Source: Octopus bimaculoides
Lineage: Eukaryota
Reading direction: 5' to 3'
DNA: 64,000 nucleotides
Assembly (NCBI RefSeq): GCF_001194135.2
Contig: NC_068987.1
Span: 17,236,487 to 17,300,486 of the forward strand
Part shown: positions 14,000 through 27,549 of the stretch, in pieces
Numbering within the stretch: the first letter of the stretch is position 1
How the letters are laid out: each line of letters begins with the position of its first letter
Made by a program: the position numbers and the translations under genes
Notes under the pieces: model-generated
The model's database searches: none
What the model was told of the DNA's origin: nothing
What the model saw: the letters and a program-made list of their open reading frames with translations, nothing else

Positions 14000-15020
14000 A
14001 TATACGAAGGAAATTTTTTACATAGCGCCTTTAAATGACGTGAGCAGCATCCTTCATATTTACTATTGGCATATTTTTACTCCTTTACATCGTTAAAGAA
14101 TATCAACGTATCTTTACCAGGCCTAAGAGCAAATGAATTGTAGTGTTGTTGATTTATTGCTTTATCATGAAGTGTTGAGAGTAATATGAATTAACTTGAT
14201 GAAAACTTATGACTTCTCAAGGCTCCTTTGGGACTAAAACTGATATGGTACAAAGAGCAGTCGAAATATTGAAACAGAATAGTTTTATCGCTAAATAATC
14301 GTCAACATAATGTTTTCGACGCCTTGGTAATAATTGCTTTGTTTTGAAAACAATTTCAGTTCTATACAAGTATGAAATATCGGTAGAAATATAATATATT
14401 TTACTAATTATATAATCGTAGATATCAATGATTATTGTAAAGAAACAGGTCTCCACCTAAAGCCTGAAATTAACGATGATCAAATAATGCTAGAATATGC
14501 AGAGCAGTAGAAAGTAAAAGGCATTAAACATGTGTTTAGATGGATATATGAAAATAACTATGGAGTTAGAAGGATGTACCGAAGTTATTTTAAGAAGAGA
14601 CGAATTAACTATAATTGAGAGCATTAGAATAGATTCAAGTGCTGGAATTAGAGAAAGAGGAGGAAAATCACCATACAAGTACATCGAAGCGGATCTGATT
14701 CAATACCGCATACAGAAATGAAAGAAGGTATCAGATAAGAATACTACAGAAGATTCGCCGTAATAACAGCGCAATCAGTACTAAAAATATGGAAACAAGT
14801 ATAAGTATGATAGTTGTCCAGTTATCAACAACGGTTTCAAAATAATATATGTGAATATAATTGAAGAGTAGCTTAGACAAGGAAACGAGAAAACTTTTCA
14901 TATTGTTCCGGAGTTTCCATATAATATTTACCTGATAGCATGTACGTACGATGGACAGGAGATAAACAGATTTTAGCGCAAATAAAATACTAAAAAGTGA
15001 TAAAAGTAAGCACGAGAAAA
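14000..15020 (+). mobile_element. Decayed R4/Dong-clade RT fragment
   Basis: 14530-14960: LDG.MKITM...IESIRIDSS.GIRE..KSPYKYIEADLIQY..MKEGIR*EYYRR...LDKETRKLF..FRSFH...DSMYVRWTG matches the R4/Dong RT C-terminus. The upstream part is weaker. Confidence 0.65.
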
Positions 15021-15551
15021 TGTCTGAAGTAAACAAATCGAAATTCTGTTTGTACAAAGCCTGGACATGAAGTTGATAGAACAAAAACGTTCTTCTCTCT
15101 CATTCTCTTAATCATTCACTCTCTCCCACCCTCTCCCTTTATAAATAAATATGTATGTAAGTATATATATATATATATATATATATATATNNNNNNNNNN
15201 NNNNNNNNNNNNNNNNNNNNNNNNNNNNNNNNNNNNNNNNNNNNNNNNNNNNNNNNNNNNNNNNNNNNNNNNNNNNNNNNNNNNNNNNNNNNNNNNNNNN
15301 NNNNNNNNNNNNNNNNNNNNNNNNNNNNNNNNNNNNNNNNNNNNNNNNNNNNNNNNNNNNNNNNNNNNNNNNNNNNNNNNNNNNNNNNNNNNNNNNNNNN
15401 NNNNNNNNNNNNNNNNNNNNNNNNNNNNNNNNNNNNNNNNNNNNNNNNNNNNNNNNNNNNNNNNNNNNNNNNNNNNNNNNNNNNNNNNNNNNNNNNNNNN
15501 NNNNNNNNNNNNNNNNNNNNNNNNNNNNNNNNNNNNNNNNNNNNNNNNNNN

Positions 15552-15596
<45 letters not shown>

Positions 15597-15689
15597 CAGC
15601 ATGACCGCAGCCACTTGGCTGAGACACATTAATAAATAAATAAATAAATAAATATGTATGTGTGTGTGTGTGTGTGTATGTGTAATTTT

Positions 15690-15960
15690 TTGTGTTTACA
15701 TCCCTTTTATTGCTTTAGCTCCTTGTATTTCGTGGGGAGTGTTGTGTCATTGTTATTCCGTTCTTGTTGCTGAACTGCTGAATTTAGTGGATTGGTGAAT
15801 TCTAGGCTTCATACTGTCCTATCTGTCTTTTATTTGTTTTCATAAGTCGATGCGCTCATTCTATATTTCTTACGTATTACACCTCCTTACGACAGTTTTC
15901 TCTATTGGCATTCCCGAGCTTCATTCGTCGTTTCTCAGGAAAGAAGTATAGCTGCTGATC
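15690..15960 (-). pseudogene. Possible Penelope-like RT C-terminal relic
   Basis: Minus-strand translation has scattered matches (QY...L..., QQERNN..TLP.KY) to the Penelope RT thumb region; very decayed. Confidence 0.25.
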
Positions 15961-15964
15961 GATT

Positions 15965-15993
15965 ACTGTGTGAGTGTATGTGTGTGTATGTGT

Positions 15994-16072
<79 letters not shown>
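15965..16072. repeat. (TG)n microsatellite
   Basis: Directly visible long perfect TG tract. Confidence 0.95.
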
Positions 16073-16073
<1 letters not shown>

Positions 16074-16567
16074 ATTGCTGCTTGTACTTGTGTTGGTGTT
16101 GCCTTTTTCTGGAAGATGCTTCTGTTCTCGGAGAAGCTCGTACACTCCTCCAAACTTCTGTTTTTTGTCTTAAAAAAAAAACAATTCGAGTTCAACCGGC
16201 GCACCGGCGCTAAAACACGATACTCTCGTTCAAAAACAAAATTAAGAACTCCATGTAATAGCCAATAGCAATTATGTAATTATATGCTATGTTTCAAATT
16301 CGGTTCATCGATATACATTATTAAAAAATGAACAAAAGTATAATTTTTATAACTGAAATATAATTTTTATCAATACGTTGTTCTTGATTATTTGCGTTTG
16401 CGTGCTTGTAAAGTTCATTTATAAATGAAACAAGCAGATTAGATCTTAATTAATTTTATATTTGTATCAGATATGACCGCACGATCAAGAGAGTGATTGC
16501 ATTTAGCGAACGCACACAATACATGAAATATCAGGAATATCAGAATTCTCAAGTGGAGAGTAATCCG

Positions 16568-16722
16568 AAATTTAGATATATTCACGAATCCATACTGATA
16601 TTAATCTGTTTCACATGCTGAAGCTGATTATCAAAGGAAAATGAATTTTCCTTTGATAATCAGCTTCGACTTCTTTTGAAACAGATTTATATCTGCAAGG
16701 ATTCTTGAATAAATCTAAATTT
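16568..16722. repeat. About 155-bp imperfect palindrome (MITE-like) with a perfect 23-bp core
   Basis: gaagctgattatcaaaggaaaat (16620-16642), GA, then its exact reverse complement (16645-16667); outer arms aaatttagat...aatctgtttca pair imperfectly. Confidence 0.85.
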
Positions 16723-16868
16723 ATAAGATTCAAATTACATGGGTAAGAAATATAATTATAAATCGCGTCATTCTAATAAACGTGTAACAGATTTATGCAC
16801 AAAATCACTTATATACATATGTAGGTAAAATATGTATGTATGAATGTCTAAGTGCATCGTGTATATAT

Positions 16869-16913
<45 letters not shown>

Positions 16914-16937
16914 TACACACAGTCACAGACACACCCA

Positions 16938-16989
<52 letters not shown>

Positions 16990-17554
16990 GACATACACAC
17001 ACACAAACACACATAGTATACATATATTCATATATTGATTTGCATACATATTATATGTGTATAAAAGTGTATGTGTGTGTGCGTGTGTGTGTGTGTGTGT
17101 GTGTGAGTTCGCGCGCGTGTGTGCATGTATGTATATATATGTTCGCGCGCGTGTGTACATGTATATGTGTGTGTACTGCTATACTGCTCTATTTGCAGTA
17201 CTGAAAAACAAGATTTGGATGAGTTAGTCCTGCTACAGAATACTTATACAAGCTAAAATAGGAAGAGAAAAAAATACCCGTGCTGCATAATGAGAATATC
17301 TTGAGTATGTTTGAACGGTTCCCCTTTAGAAAGATCACGGTTCCAGTATTTCAGAGCTTTGCGGCTATCTAAAGAAAAATATTAAAAGATCTCAAGAACA
17401 ATATTGAGACTGATGCATACAAACGTATTTACATTATACACATATATATGTGTGTGTGAGATATTGTGTAACTATTTAGGTAACTAAATATGGATTATAT
17501 ATATATATAGTGGTATGTGTATGCATGTATGTGTGTACGTGTGTATGTGAATGA

Positions 17555-17617
<63 letters not shown>

Positions 17618-18894
17618 TATATATATATATATATATATATGCGTACGTATATTTTTATATAGGTTTCGTAGTGTAACTAGGAGTGAGTTACAAATGTTAT
17701 GTTCGAAAATTTCGGTCTCTGAGCTATTATGGAAATTTTCTATACATTAATCTGAACAAAGCACAAGTAAGAGACAAGCATTAAAAAAAAAAAGAAACAA
17801 ACACGGAAAGGGAAGCTTACAGAAAGAATTGCAGCTAGTGTTAGCTCACTGCATTGCATCTGCTTCAAATATATTCTGTGAATAAATAGTATTGGAACAC
17901 ATTAGAAATTGTATCGACATAAATACTTTATGTAGCAGTGTAATGTTGTTTACAGTGTTCGGTATAGAGGAAGCTTCGACAGCTATTATATGTATCCCGA
18001 ATACACGAAGTCTTAAACAACACTACAGTAGCAAATAGAACAGTCGCGTAAAGAAAATTAACTTTTAACATTAGTTAAATGCTGTTTTGTTAAGTTAAAT
18101 ATGGCGCTTGAAAGATACTGAGTTCATAGACGCTAGATCTAGATAATACGGTGACACCTGCACGCATTCCATCAGTTTTCATCTCTCCATATCAACCTTT
18201 CTCTTCCTCTCTGTGTTTTTCTCTCGCTATATGTTTATATCTCTATCTCTCTCTCACTCTTTCTCTTTCTCTGTATATATATATATACNNNNNNNNNNNN
18301 NNNNNNNNNNNNNNNNNNNNNNNNNNNNNNNNNNNNNNNNNNNNNNNNNNNNNNNNNNNNNNNNNNNNNNNNNNNNNNNNNNNNNNNNNNNNNNNNNNNN
18401 NNNNNNNNNNNNNNNNNNNNNNNNNNNNNNNNNNNNNNNNNNNNNNNNNNNNNNNNNNNNNNNNNNNNNNNNNNNNNNNNNNNNNNNNNNNNNNNNNNNN
18501 NNNNNNNNNNNNNNNNNNNNNNNNNNNNNNNNNATACATAAATACATACATACATACATATATACACACTGGCCCACACACACGTACACATCTGTGTGTC
18601 AGAGTACATATATGAGCCTGTGTGTAGTAGGTTGCCTTTTGGTCCCCTCTGTCCGACCTAAAACTGCGTTGTACGCCCATTTGTTTAAAAACAACTCTCA
18701 TTGTACTGACGTAACTATTTAATTTTGTAGCATAACAATTCTCGACACCTCTGTCAGATTCGACTTGTGTGCTGAGACTTGCTAAGCTGGAGTTAATGCA
18801 GCATAAGCACATGAAGGACCTATGGTCAAGATAATCCTTTCTACTGTAGGTACAATGCACGAAATTTTGAAAGATGGACAATCCAATTACGTCG

Positions 18895-19050
18895 CTATCC
18901 GGGCTCAACTGGTGCTTATTTTATCGACCCCGAAATGATGAAAGACAAGTCAACTTCGGTGGAATTTGATTACAGAACATATAACTGGAAGAAATACCGA
19001 TTAACACTTTGTAGAAATACCAATTAACACTAACGATTCTACCAGCACAA
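18895..19050 (-). mobile_element. SINE family B copy
   Basis: ctggtgcttattttatcgaccccgaaatgatgaaagacaagtcaacttcggtggaatttga. Confidence 0.8.
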
Positions 19051-20265
19051 AATAAGGATATGCATATTCATTTTTCACATTATAATGTTTTCGCATATAT
19101 TGACCGCCCTACAAATCTTGTAAAGAAACACTGAGCGCCAAATGACCGCCGCGGACTACAAGACACAACGTTTCGGCACGATTTCGCCCCTTCCCTGTTA
19201 GCAACTCACTCTGTCGTTTACAGCTAAACGGACTGAAAATATGTATGTATAAATGTTGGTGTGTATGACATAATTCCTAGAGTCCTGTCATTATGAAGAA
19301 GTATGTGCGTTCGTAAGTGACAGAATTGTTTCTTTGTAAGCAAATTAAGACTGTTTAATACTTCTGTATGTTTGTATACAATTCATTTCGCATCGAATTA
19401 ATTATAAACATCAATAGACCTATGATGGTTAATATCGTGAGTAGATGAATGACGCTCAAGATCATCTTGTTAACATTCATAACATATGTTATGCATAGAA
19501 AATCGCTTCCATTTGCAACATTTCCAAATCTTTCTTGAAACCCATTTAATAATACTTTAGTTGAGATTTATCAGTATACACATATACTGAAAAACACGCA
19601 CAATAAGACATAAAGAATCAGAGAAAAGGGATGATAATTCGTGTTTGTGGGAAGGAAAGAGAAAGAGAGAGGAAAAGTGAAGACAGAAAGAGAAGTTTTA
19701 CATAGAAAAAGTGAATGACTTTGCAGAAATAAATACAAAGATTTGCAGTTAGTGTTAGCTTTACCAAATTACTTTTACTCCATTTGACAACTGCAAGGAA
19801 GTGGTATTGAAACTCTTTTGAAAATTGTGTCAATACAAACCCATTAACATACATAGTTATGCATGCAGCCATGAACGTGGAGGTGTTTGAATTGCTAATT
19901 GTAACCTTCCTTAAAGCATGGCCTCTTGAGCAACAAAAGAATAACAGGCTTTCACATATCCTTGTAAAGGAAACCGCATTTATTTTAGCACACTTCTTTA
20001 AAAATACTGAACTAAAATGGTGTTGCTAAATTAGTCATTTCATTTATGATGATTTAGGTAACGCATTCGAAAATTTACCACCTCCGTATCTAAAGACAGA
20101 CAGACAGAAACACACACGCACGCACACACACACAAACACACACACACACACACACTCAGTGAACACACATGTGTGTTTGTGCCTCTATGTATGTGTATAT
20201 GTATTATCAACAGCTTTTTACTGATGTGTGTGCGTGTGTGTGTGTGTGTTTGTATTTATGTCTGC

Positions 20266-20720
20266 TTTTGTCTACAACCACGACTTGACGACTGGTGTTG
20301 GTGTGTTTACATCCCTGTAACGTAGCAGTTCTATAAAAATACGATAAAATAAGTACCAGGCTTAAAAAATATAAGTAAAAGAAAAATAATAAATGCGCTC
20401 TTTTAAAACCAGCGTGACTCATGTTTGCCAGCTGAGTGGATTGGAGCAACGTGGAATGAAGTGTTTTGCTCAAGAACACAACGCGTCGCCCGGTCCAGTT
20501 GTGAAGCGGTCGAGGAGACGAAAACAGTCACAAAGATACACGCACACACAGACACTCACACGCACAAACACTCACACAAACACACACACACAAACACAAA
20601 AACACGCACACACAAACGAGCTTTTTTCAGTTTCCGCCAGTCAAATCCACTTACAAGACCTGCAGCTATTGTAAGAAAACAAGACACGACGCCAAGGTGC
20701 CACGAAGTAAGATTGAACAC
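20266..20720. mobile_element. SINE cluster: family A 3' half (+), family D head (-), family A 5' half (-)
   Basis: ggtgtgtttacatccctgtaacgtagcagttc; gctgagtggattggagcaacgtggaatgaagtgttttgctcaagaacacaac; tttcagtttccgccagtcaaatccactta...ccaaggtgccac. Confidence 0.7.
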
Positions 20721-21866
20721 GAAACCAAGTGTTTGAGAATCCGTGTTTGTGTGTGTGTGGCGGGGGGAGTACGTACGTATTTATATATGCATGCGGAGAC
20801 TATACGTGACTTTATTTTTAACTGCTGAAAATATTTAGTTATAAGTACGAGCAAATGACTATGATATCTTTTCTCCTTCTAGGCAAGTGTTAGTATTCAC
20901 GTTGGTTTCCTGACAATTCACTTCACACCAAACAATAAACTTGAAGACTTCTAAAATGCTTGACATCGGTAGGTGATGAATGACATTCATAGATCACCTT
21001 ATGTACCAGTGTAATACGGGTTATACATAATAAATCTCTCATGCTTGCAAAATTCCTGAATCATTCTTGAAATTCATTTAATCATAATTTAGCAATGTGT
21101 CAACATTCTGAAAATTACTTAAACTGCTAGTTTAAAATTCAGATGAGGCTGTCGACTACGGAAATTGTATGTGTCAAAGTTCAACCTTAGCGCTCTTGTC
21201 AACTTCTCACTTTTCTATAACTCAAGAGATTGTTCATATCAGACATAACTAAAATTATTTATTATTGAAAACTCTTACGTAATATAACAGTGTTATTTGC
21301 CAGTTCATATTCTCTTATTCTTTTACTAGTAACAGCCATTATACTTCAGCTATGCTTAGGCACGACCTTAAAAGGTTTTCGTCTGTCATATTAACCTCAG
21401 TGGTTATTTTAAGCCTGTTAGTAATTTTATCGAACTCTATTTATAGAAAAGGCCACGTTACCGCTTTGACATAGAATGACGTAACATGACACGGTATTTT
21501 CTTGCCAGTTAACATAAAACACACACATGGACATTCATACACACTCATATGTAAAGAGAAATAGAAAGAGAGAGAGAAACAACACGAGATGAAAACTGAG
21601 ACGAGATAGAGTGGGACAGCGTGAGAGAGTGAGATAAACATAGAAAGTGAAAGAAGATAGAGGGGAACATGAGAAAGTAACACGAGACAGTTAAAATGAT
21701 TTGCAAACAGTGATAACTCAACATATTACATGTATTTTATGTAAGAACTATACGGAAATTGTATTCAAATACTTTAAAGTTTGTGGAGTGTAAATTGCAT
21801 TAAAAAAGATATTGCTATATTTATAGTGATGGGTGTAGAAAAGGTTAAATCATCATAATGTTCCTC

Positions 21867-21912
<46 letters not shown>

Positions 21913-22169
21913 CAGAATGAGATAACAAAGCCAAGGCTCTGAGGGGGTTTCAGGACATCTATAATGAAATAGTCTTACAGGTGTTTCTGGGATATCATGG
22001 ATATCCCCTTCATCAGAGACAGTCTGAGATAATATTTGCGTTCGAGTTATTATGGAAAAGGAGGAGATAGGGAACATAGAGGGAAATAAGAGAATGGAAG
22101 TAGAAATAAGATGTATAAAGATGTTGTAGTTCCATTATCCGAGGAAAATGGTGTATAGAAGTGGATAAA

Positions 22170-22735
22170 AGTTTCCTGAACATGGTATGTAAGTTCCAAA
22201 AGCAGTTCATGTTTAGTCATTTCAAAGTATGGAGCCGCGGAAACAGCGTTGCTCCTTTGAAAGGATTTTGTAGTATGAAGGAAAATCTGAAAACGTATTG
22301 GTAGTATCTGTGGTTAGATGGGAGGAGAGGAAGGAACAAATAGTTTGATACGACGATAGATTTTAGCTCTAACTGTTGAGCTGATTAATGTTTAGAAGGC
22401 AATATGGATTGAGCTCAAAATTAGTTATTATGCATTTACTGCTAAAACCAATGTATAACTCACGGCCGATATTGGACTGGGTAGAATCAATAATGCAAAT
22501 TCCATATGCTGGAGATTACAGCGTAAAATATGATAACCATTCCTGAGAGGGATGCCAGAAGGTTTGCAAATCTAACGGAGGACTCAAAAGACATTTTAAG
22601 ATCCACAAAGCTCAGAACTTATCTGCAGCTCTTGGTGGTCCAAATCGGATGTGCAATTTATGTGGGTGTCTTTTCAGAACATTGTCTTGTTTAAAAAGCC
22701 ACATCAGATGCCATGATGGTACTGCGGTGTAGATG
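22170..22735 (+). mobile_element. RTE-clade LINE 3' end with two C2H2 zinc fingers (decayed)
   Basis: VPKQFMFS (cf. IPKQLLYGEL) upstream; then in one frame *EGCQKVCKSNGGLKRHFKIH-KAQNLSAALGGPNRM-CNLCGCLFRTLSCLKSHIRCH. The first Cys codon reads TGA at 22544. Confidence 0.65.
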
Positions 22736-22784
22736 CTGGAGTTGGGCAAACCTCCATATATATATGTGTGTGTGTGTGCGTAAC

Positions 22785-22938
22785 AGGTTTTGTTTCAATT
22801 TCCATCTATAACGTCGAAGTACAAAGCTTAGGTCGTCCTGAGGTTACAGTAGAAGACCTGTGTCCTAGGTGCCACGCAGTGGCACTGAACCCGAGTGTGG
22901 TTGGTAAGGAAGCTTCTTACCATGCAGTCATGCCTATA
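22785..22938 (-). mobile_element. SINE family A 5' half
   Basis: gtagaagacctgtgtcctaggtgccacgcagtggcactgaaccc...cttaccatgcagtcatgcct. Confidence 0.8.
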
Positions 22939-23892
22939 GAATTGTTAAAGAAAATGGTTGAGTACTCATGGCAACAATAATCATAAAGCTGAAAATGTGA
23001 AAAGAATCATATAGACTAAATACGTAAAGAGAAACAAACACCTGATTAATGACGACATGCTTACGACTTTACCTGCTAACTATAAAGAAACAGTGACACA
23101 TCCCAGTAGCGCTTCTTCTTCGTGTTAAGCCTATGGAGGATTAGAAACACTGATAAGGAATTAATGATATTAAGCTAACAGCTCGAAGCTAATACAAATG
23201 TAAGAAAAATAAATCTTCATGCAACAAATGAGCTTAAAACAGAGTTGTTTATCGAAATCTACACGCACATACGCACACGTCACACATAAACACACATCTC
23301 GCACACACACGAACACACACATACACACACATATATAGGTATACATGTATGTGTGTGTGTGTGTACGTATATATATATATATNNNNNNNNNNNNNNNNNN
23401 NNNNNNNNNNNNNNNNNNNNNNNNNNNNNNNNNNNNNNNNNNNNNNNNNNNNNNNNNNNNNNNNNNNNNNNNNNNNNNNNNNNNNNNNNNNNNNNNNNNN
23501 NNNNNNNNNNNNNNNNNNNNNNNNNNNNNNNNNNNNNNNNNNNNNNNNNNNNNNNNNNNNNNNNNNNNNNNNNNNNNNNNNNNNNNNNNNNNNNNNNNNN
23601 NNNNNNNNNNNNNNNNNNNNNNNNNNNNNNNNNNNNNNNNNNNNNNNNNNNNNNNNNNNNNNNNNNNNNNNNNNNNNNNNNNNNNNNNNNNNNNNNNNNN
23701 NNNNNNNNNNNNNNNNNNNNNNNNNNNNNNNNNNNNNNNNNNNNNNNNNNNNNNNNNNNNNNNNNNNNNNNNNNNNNNNNNNNNNNNNNNNNNNNNNNNN
23801 NNNNNNNNNNNNNNNNNNNNNNNNNNNNNNNNNNNNNNNNNNNNNNNNNNNNNNNNNNNNNNNNNNNNNNNNNNNNNNNNNNNNNNNNNNNN

Positions 23893-23974
<82 letters not shown>

Positions 23975-25704
23975 GCAGACAGGCACACACGTGATTGTAC
24001 ATACATAGAATATATATATATATATATATATATTTCTTTTTGTTTTAGCTAATTGGCATACATTTGTATATACAAGCATATATCTTCCTAAACATCCTCG
24101 TTTTGCTGTCTTGAATGTGGAACTCTATATGTAACTCCACCAGTAATTCCCAAATTACGATCTTGTGAAAATTTTCTTCATCTATATTTATTCATTCAGT
24201 GTTTGGAGTTTACACCCAACAAAAGGAAAGTAAGGTTACAGTGTAGCCTTGTAAGGTTTGTTCGTTTAGACTTACTTATATCGCTATACTGTGATGTGTC
24301 CGTTTACATTTAACAATGCTATTATTGAGATGCATATGATATTTTATAACTAGTGTCTGCATGAACATATAAACCATTACGTCATGGTAAACAGACCCAT
24401 TCTATAGCTAATTCATCTTTACCTAAACAACTACATACATCTAGCAATTATTTTGGGATTATACAATTTAAGTAAACAACAGTTTAAACATACTGGTGAT
24501 TATAATGAAACACCATAGATATATGTTTGAGTAAATAACGAATTTGTAGAACTAAATAACAATACTTAAAATATAGTGAATTACATAATTTAGGTAAACA
24601 ATAACATAATCATACTAGTAAAGATAGAAAGAAAACTATATTACATTTTTGAATTAAAAAAGTATTGATATATCATTAAATCTAACATATTATTTCTAAA
24701 TTTCAGAAACGAATCTTTAAACCTATAGCAACATGCTGACATAACTTCAGAGTGCTTGTGTCTGATATTATCATTGAATAATATTATTTCTAGAGTTTTT
24801 CAGACAAAAGTTACATGCTTCTGAATAAGGGTTGTATTGTTATGAATTTCGTATCACAGTCTAGAATGATAGATATGTACGTTCGTATGTGTGCAATTTA
24901 ATTTCCATCGTCCGGTCAGCATGCAGATATTTGTGTGATCATGAATAGTTCGTCTGCTGTCTAAGACTGCATAATAGCTAGATTAGCTCACATACAACTC
25001 ATTTTCACATGAAAATATTTTATAATTTCAAAAGCTCTAAAATTATCTACATCATAAATACTTAAATGACATTCAAGCTCACCTTATATACCGAGTTGTT
25101 ATAGGTTATATCAATAGTAAATCTAACAGAACATTTCTGAACGTTTGTGTAAATTCATTTAATGACAATTTAGTGATGTGTCAACATTTTCAAAATTGCT
25201 CAAACTACTTGGCTTCTTAGAAATATAAGTGAGGTTGTAGACGAGTGAAATTCAACATAGCAAAGTTCAGATCTGACGCTCCAGTCTTCTCTCACATTTC
25301 AAATAGCTATATATTGGTTGAAATATTTGAAAGCAATAATGCTATATAGGTAAAGTAATTTGAGACTGAAGCTAGTTAAGTGCAGTTATTGCTAAATAAT
25401 AAAGAAGTTTGCTTTGAAGTTCGATGGTTTCCGATGTAGTCCCACTACGCAGTATTCAGACCAAATGACTTATATAGCACAACGCTTCGTGTATGGATTT
25501 AGGAAATGGAGACCATGCAAAAATCAATGAAACACATACATATATTGTGTGTGTGTGTGATTGAGTGAGTGAGTAAGTGAGTAAGTAAGTGTGTGTGCGT
25601 GCGTGCGTGCGTGCGTGCGGGGGTGCGTGCGTGCGGGGGTGCGTGCGTGCGTATGTGCATCCGCGAATCCCTAACTAAACAACATTCGTTTATGTATGTA
25701 TATA

Positions 25705-25870
25705 GGGGTAGGCGTGGCTAGGTGTGTAAAAAGCTTGATTTCCAACCATATAGTTCCAGGTTCAGATTCTTTGCATGGTACCTTGGGCAACTGTTTCTGT
25801 TAGAGCCTCAAGTCAACCAAAGTCTTGTAAAAGAATCTGGTAGGGGGAATCTGAAAGAATTCCGTCGTGA

Positions 25871-25905
<35 letters not shown>

Positions 25906-26265
25906 NNNNNNNNNNNNNNNNNNNNNNNNNNNNNNNNNNNNNNNNNNNNNNNNNNNNNNNNNNNNNNNNNNNNNNNNNNNNNNNNNNNNNNNNNNNNNNN
26001 NGTGTGTGTGTTTGTGTGTGTTTGTGTGTTTGTGTGTGTGTGTGTGTTTGTGTGTGTGTTTGTTGTTATGTGCGTGTGTAAGTGTGCGTGTATGAGTGTG
26101 CTTTAATGTCAGTGTTTGTTCTCCACCACTGCTTGATAACTGATAGAATAAGAACCAGATTTAAAAAGAAAAAAAAAAGCAACTACTGTGATCGGTTCGT
26201 TCCACTAAAATTCTTCAAGGCGGTGCTCAAGAACGGTCGCAGTCTAATGATTAAAAACGATTAGA
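25705..26265 (+). mobile_element. Degenerate SINE family A copy with an N-gap in its central microsatellite
   Basis: Head 25705-25868 and tail (gataactgatagaataag...aaggcggtgctcaagaacggtcgcagtctaatgatt) flank the gap. Confidence 0.75.
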
Positions 26266-26809
26266 GCTTAAAATATAAATATTAAGTAATTAACTCAACA
26301 TTTATAATAGAAACACTACGGCCATCTGTTTGACAAAGTCGTGAGTGCGTTTTGTGTGTGTGTGTGTATATCTGTCTGTGTCTGTGTGTAAGAGGTGTGA
26401 TTTCTGTCTTTGAATCCTGCAATTTTAAAATCACTCACACACACACGCACACACATGCACATGCACACACATACACACGCACACACACACAATACACAAA
26501 ATATGGATCCAGAGTTTTCTTGTGTACTGAATATGAATATGATTTCTCCGTTGCATGGTGATGAAATATTAGATATTTAGATATTTAATAGATAACATTT
26601 GAAAACATTTTCATGTATCAAGATATGCAAGTGTCACGTAAATTATCCAGAACATCTTTAGTGAACAAGCATGCATCACATTGATATAATCAGGACTGCG
26701 TTTATGGAAACCGGAAGTGGATTTTTGCACTTATGAATGCTTCGTAATATTTCTAGATCTGTGAGTGTTTTATTTCTGTTTTTCATATATTATGTGTGTG
26801 TACATATAT

Positions 26810-27020
26810 ATTCTTTTATTCTTTTACTTGTTTCAGTCATTTGACTGCGGACATCCTGGAGCACAGCCCTCAGTCGAGCAAATCGACCCCAGGACTTATT
26901 CTTTGTAAGCCTAGTATTTATTTTATCGGTCCCCTTTGCCGGACCGCTACTTTTACGGGGACAGAAACACACCAAAATTGGTTGTCAAGCGAAGGTGGGG
27001 AGACAAGGACAAACATATGT
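26810..27020 (-). mobile_element. SINE family A 3' half
   Basis: cttttacttgtttcagtcatttgactgcgg..ctggagcac..gtcgagcaaatcgaccccaggacttattctttgtaagcctagt is a close reverse-complement match to 28900-29080. Confidence 0.9.
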
Positions 27021-27059
27021 ACATATGACCTTGCGTATATATAAGAAACCATTAAACAC

Positions 27060-27265
27060 GAACCGAACTGCCAGGATCGTTAGAGATCCAAAAATATACT
27101 CAGTGGCATGTATTCCTACTTTACGTTTTATGTTCAAATTCTGCCGAGACCGACTTGAGCATTCATCCTCTTGGGATCGAGAAAATAAGAACTAGTTCAG
27201 CGCTTGGGACGATGTAATAGACTAACCGCGCCATGCCCGAAATTTCAGGCGTTTACTAATATTTT
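27060..27265 (+). mobile_element. SINE family B copy (degenerate)
   Basis: gttcaaattctgccgagaccgactt..cattcatcctcttgggatcga...gatgtaatagactaa...gaaatttcaggc. Confidence 0.7.
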
Positions 27266-27494
27266 AGAATTTACTTATATTCAATTTTGTTAATGTTGTG
27301 AAATTTGTTTATTCATGATGGAAAGCATGCAGGTGACATGCGTGTATGTATGTGTGTGTAAACGTGTGCTTCAGGTGTGCGGTCTCTGAGTGTATACACA
27401 CACACACAAACCAATCCATAAATGCAGGCACACACGTACACACATTGATATTGATATAGATATAGGCCGTTTGTGAGGCTCATAAATAGATAGG

Positions 27495-27549
<55 letters not shown>

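Noticed and set aside
20868-21060. Strong acceptor (ttttctccttctag) and donor (gtaggt); also a GTGATGA...CTGA snoRNA-like pair
   Set aside because: All three frames between the sites contain stops, and the C/D boxes have no terminal stem. Such motifs arise by chance at this length.
22544-22720. Host C2H2-ZNF gene exon
   Set aside because: It has a stop at the first Cys, a non-TGEKP linker and RTE-like sequence upstream; treated as a LINE tail.
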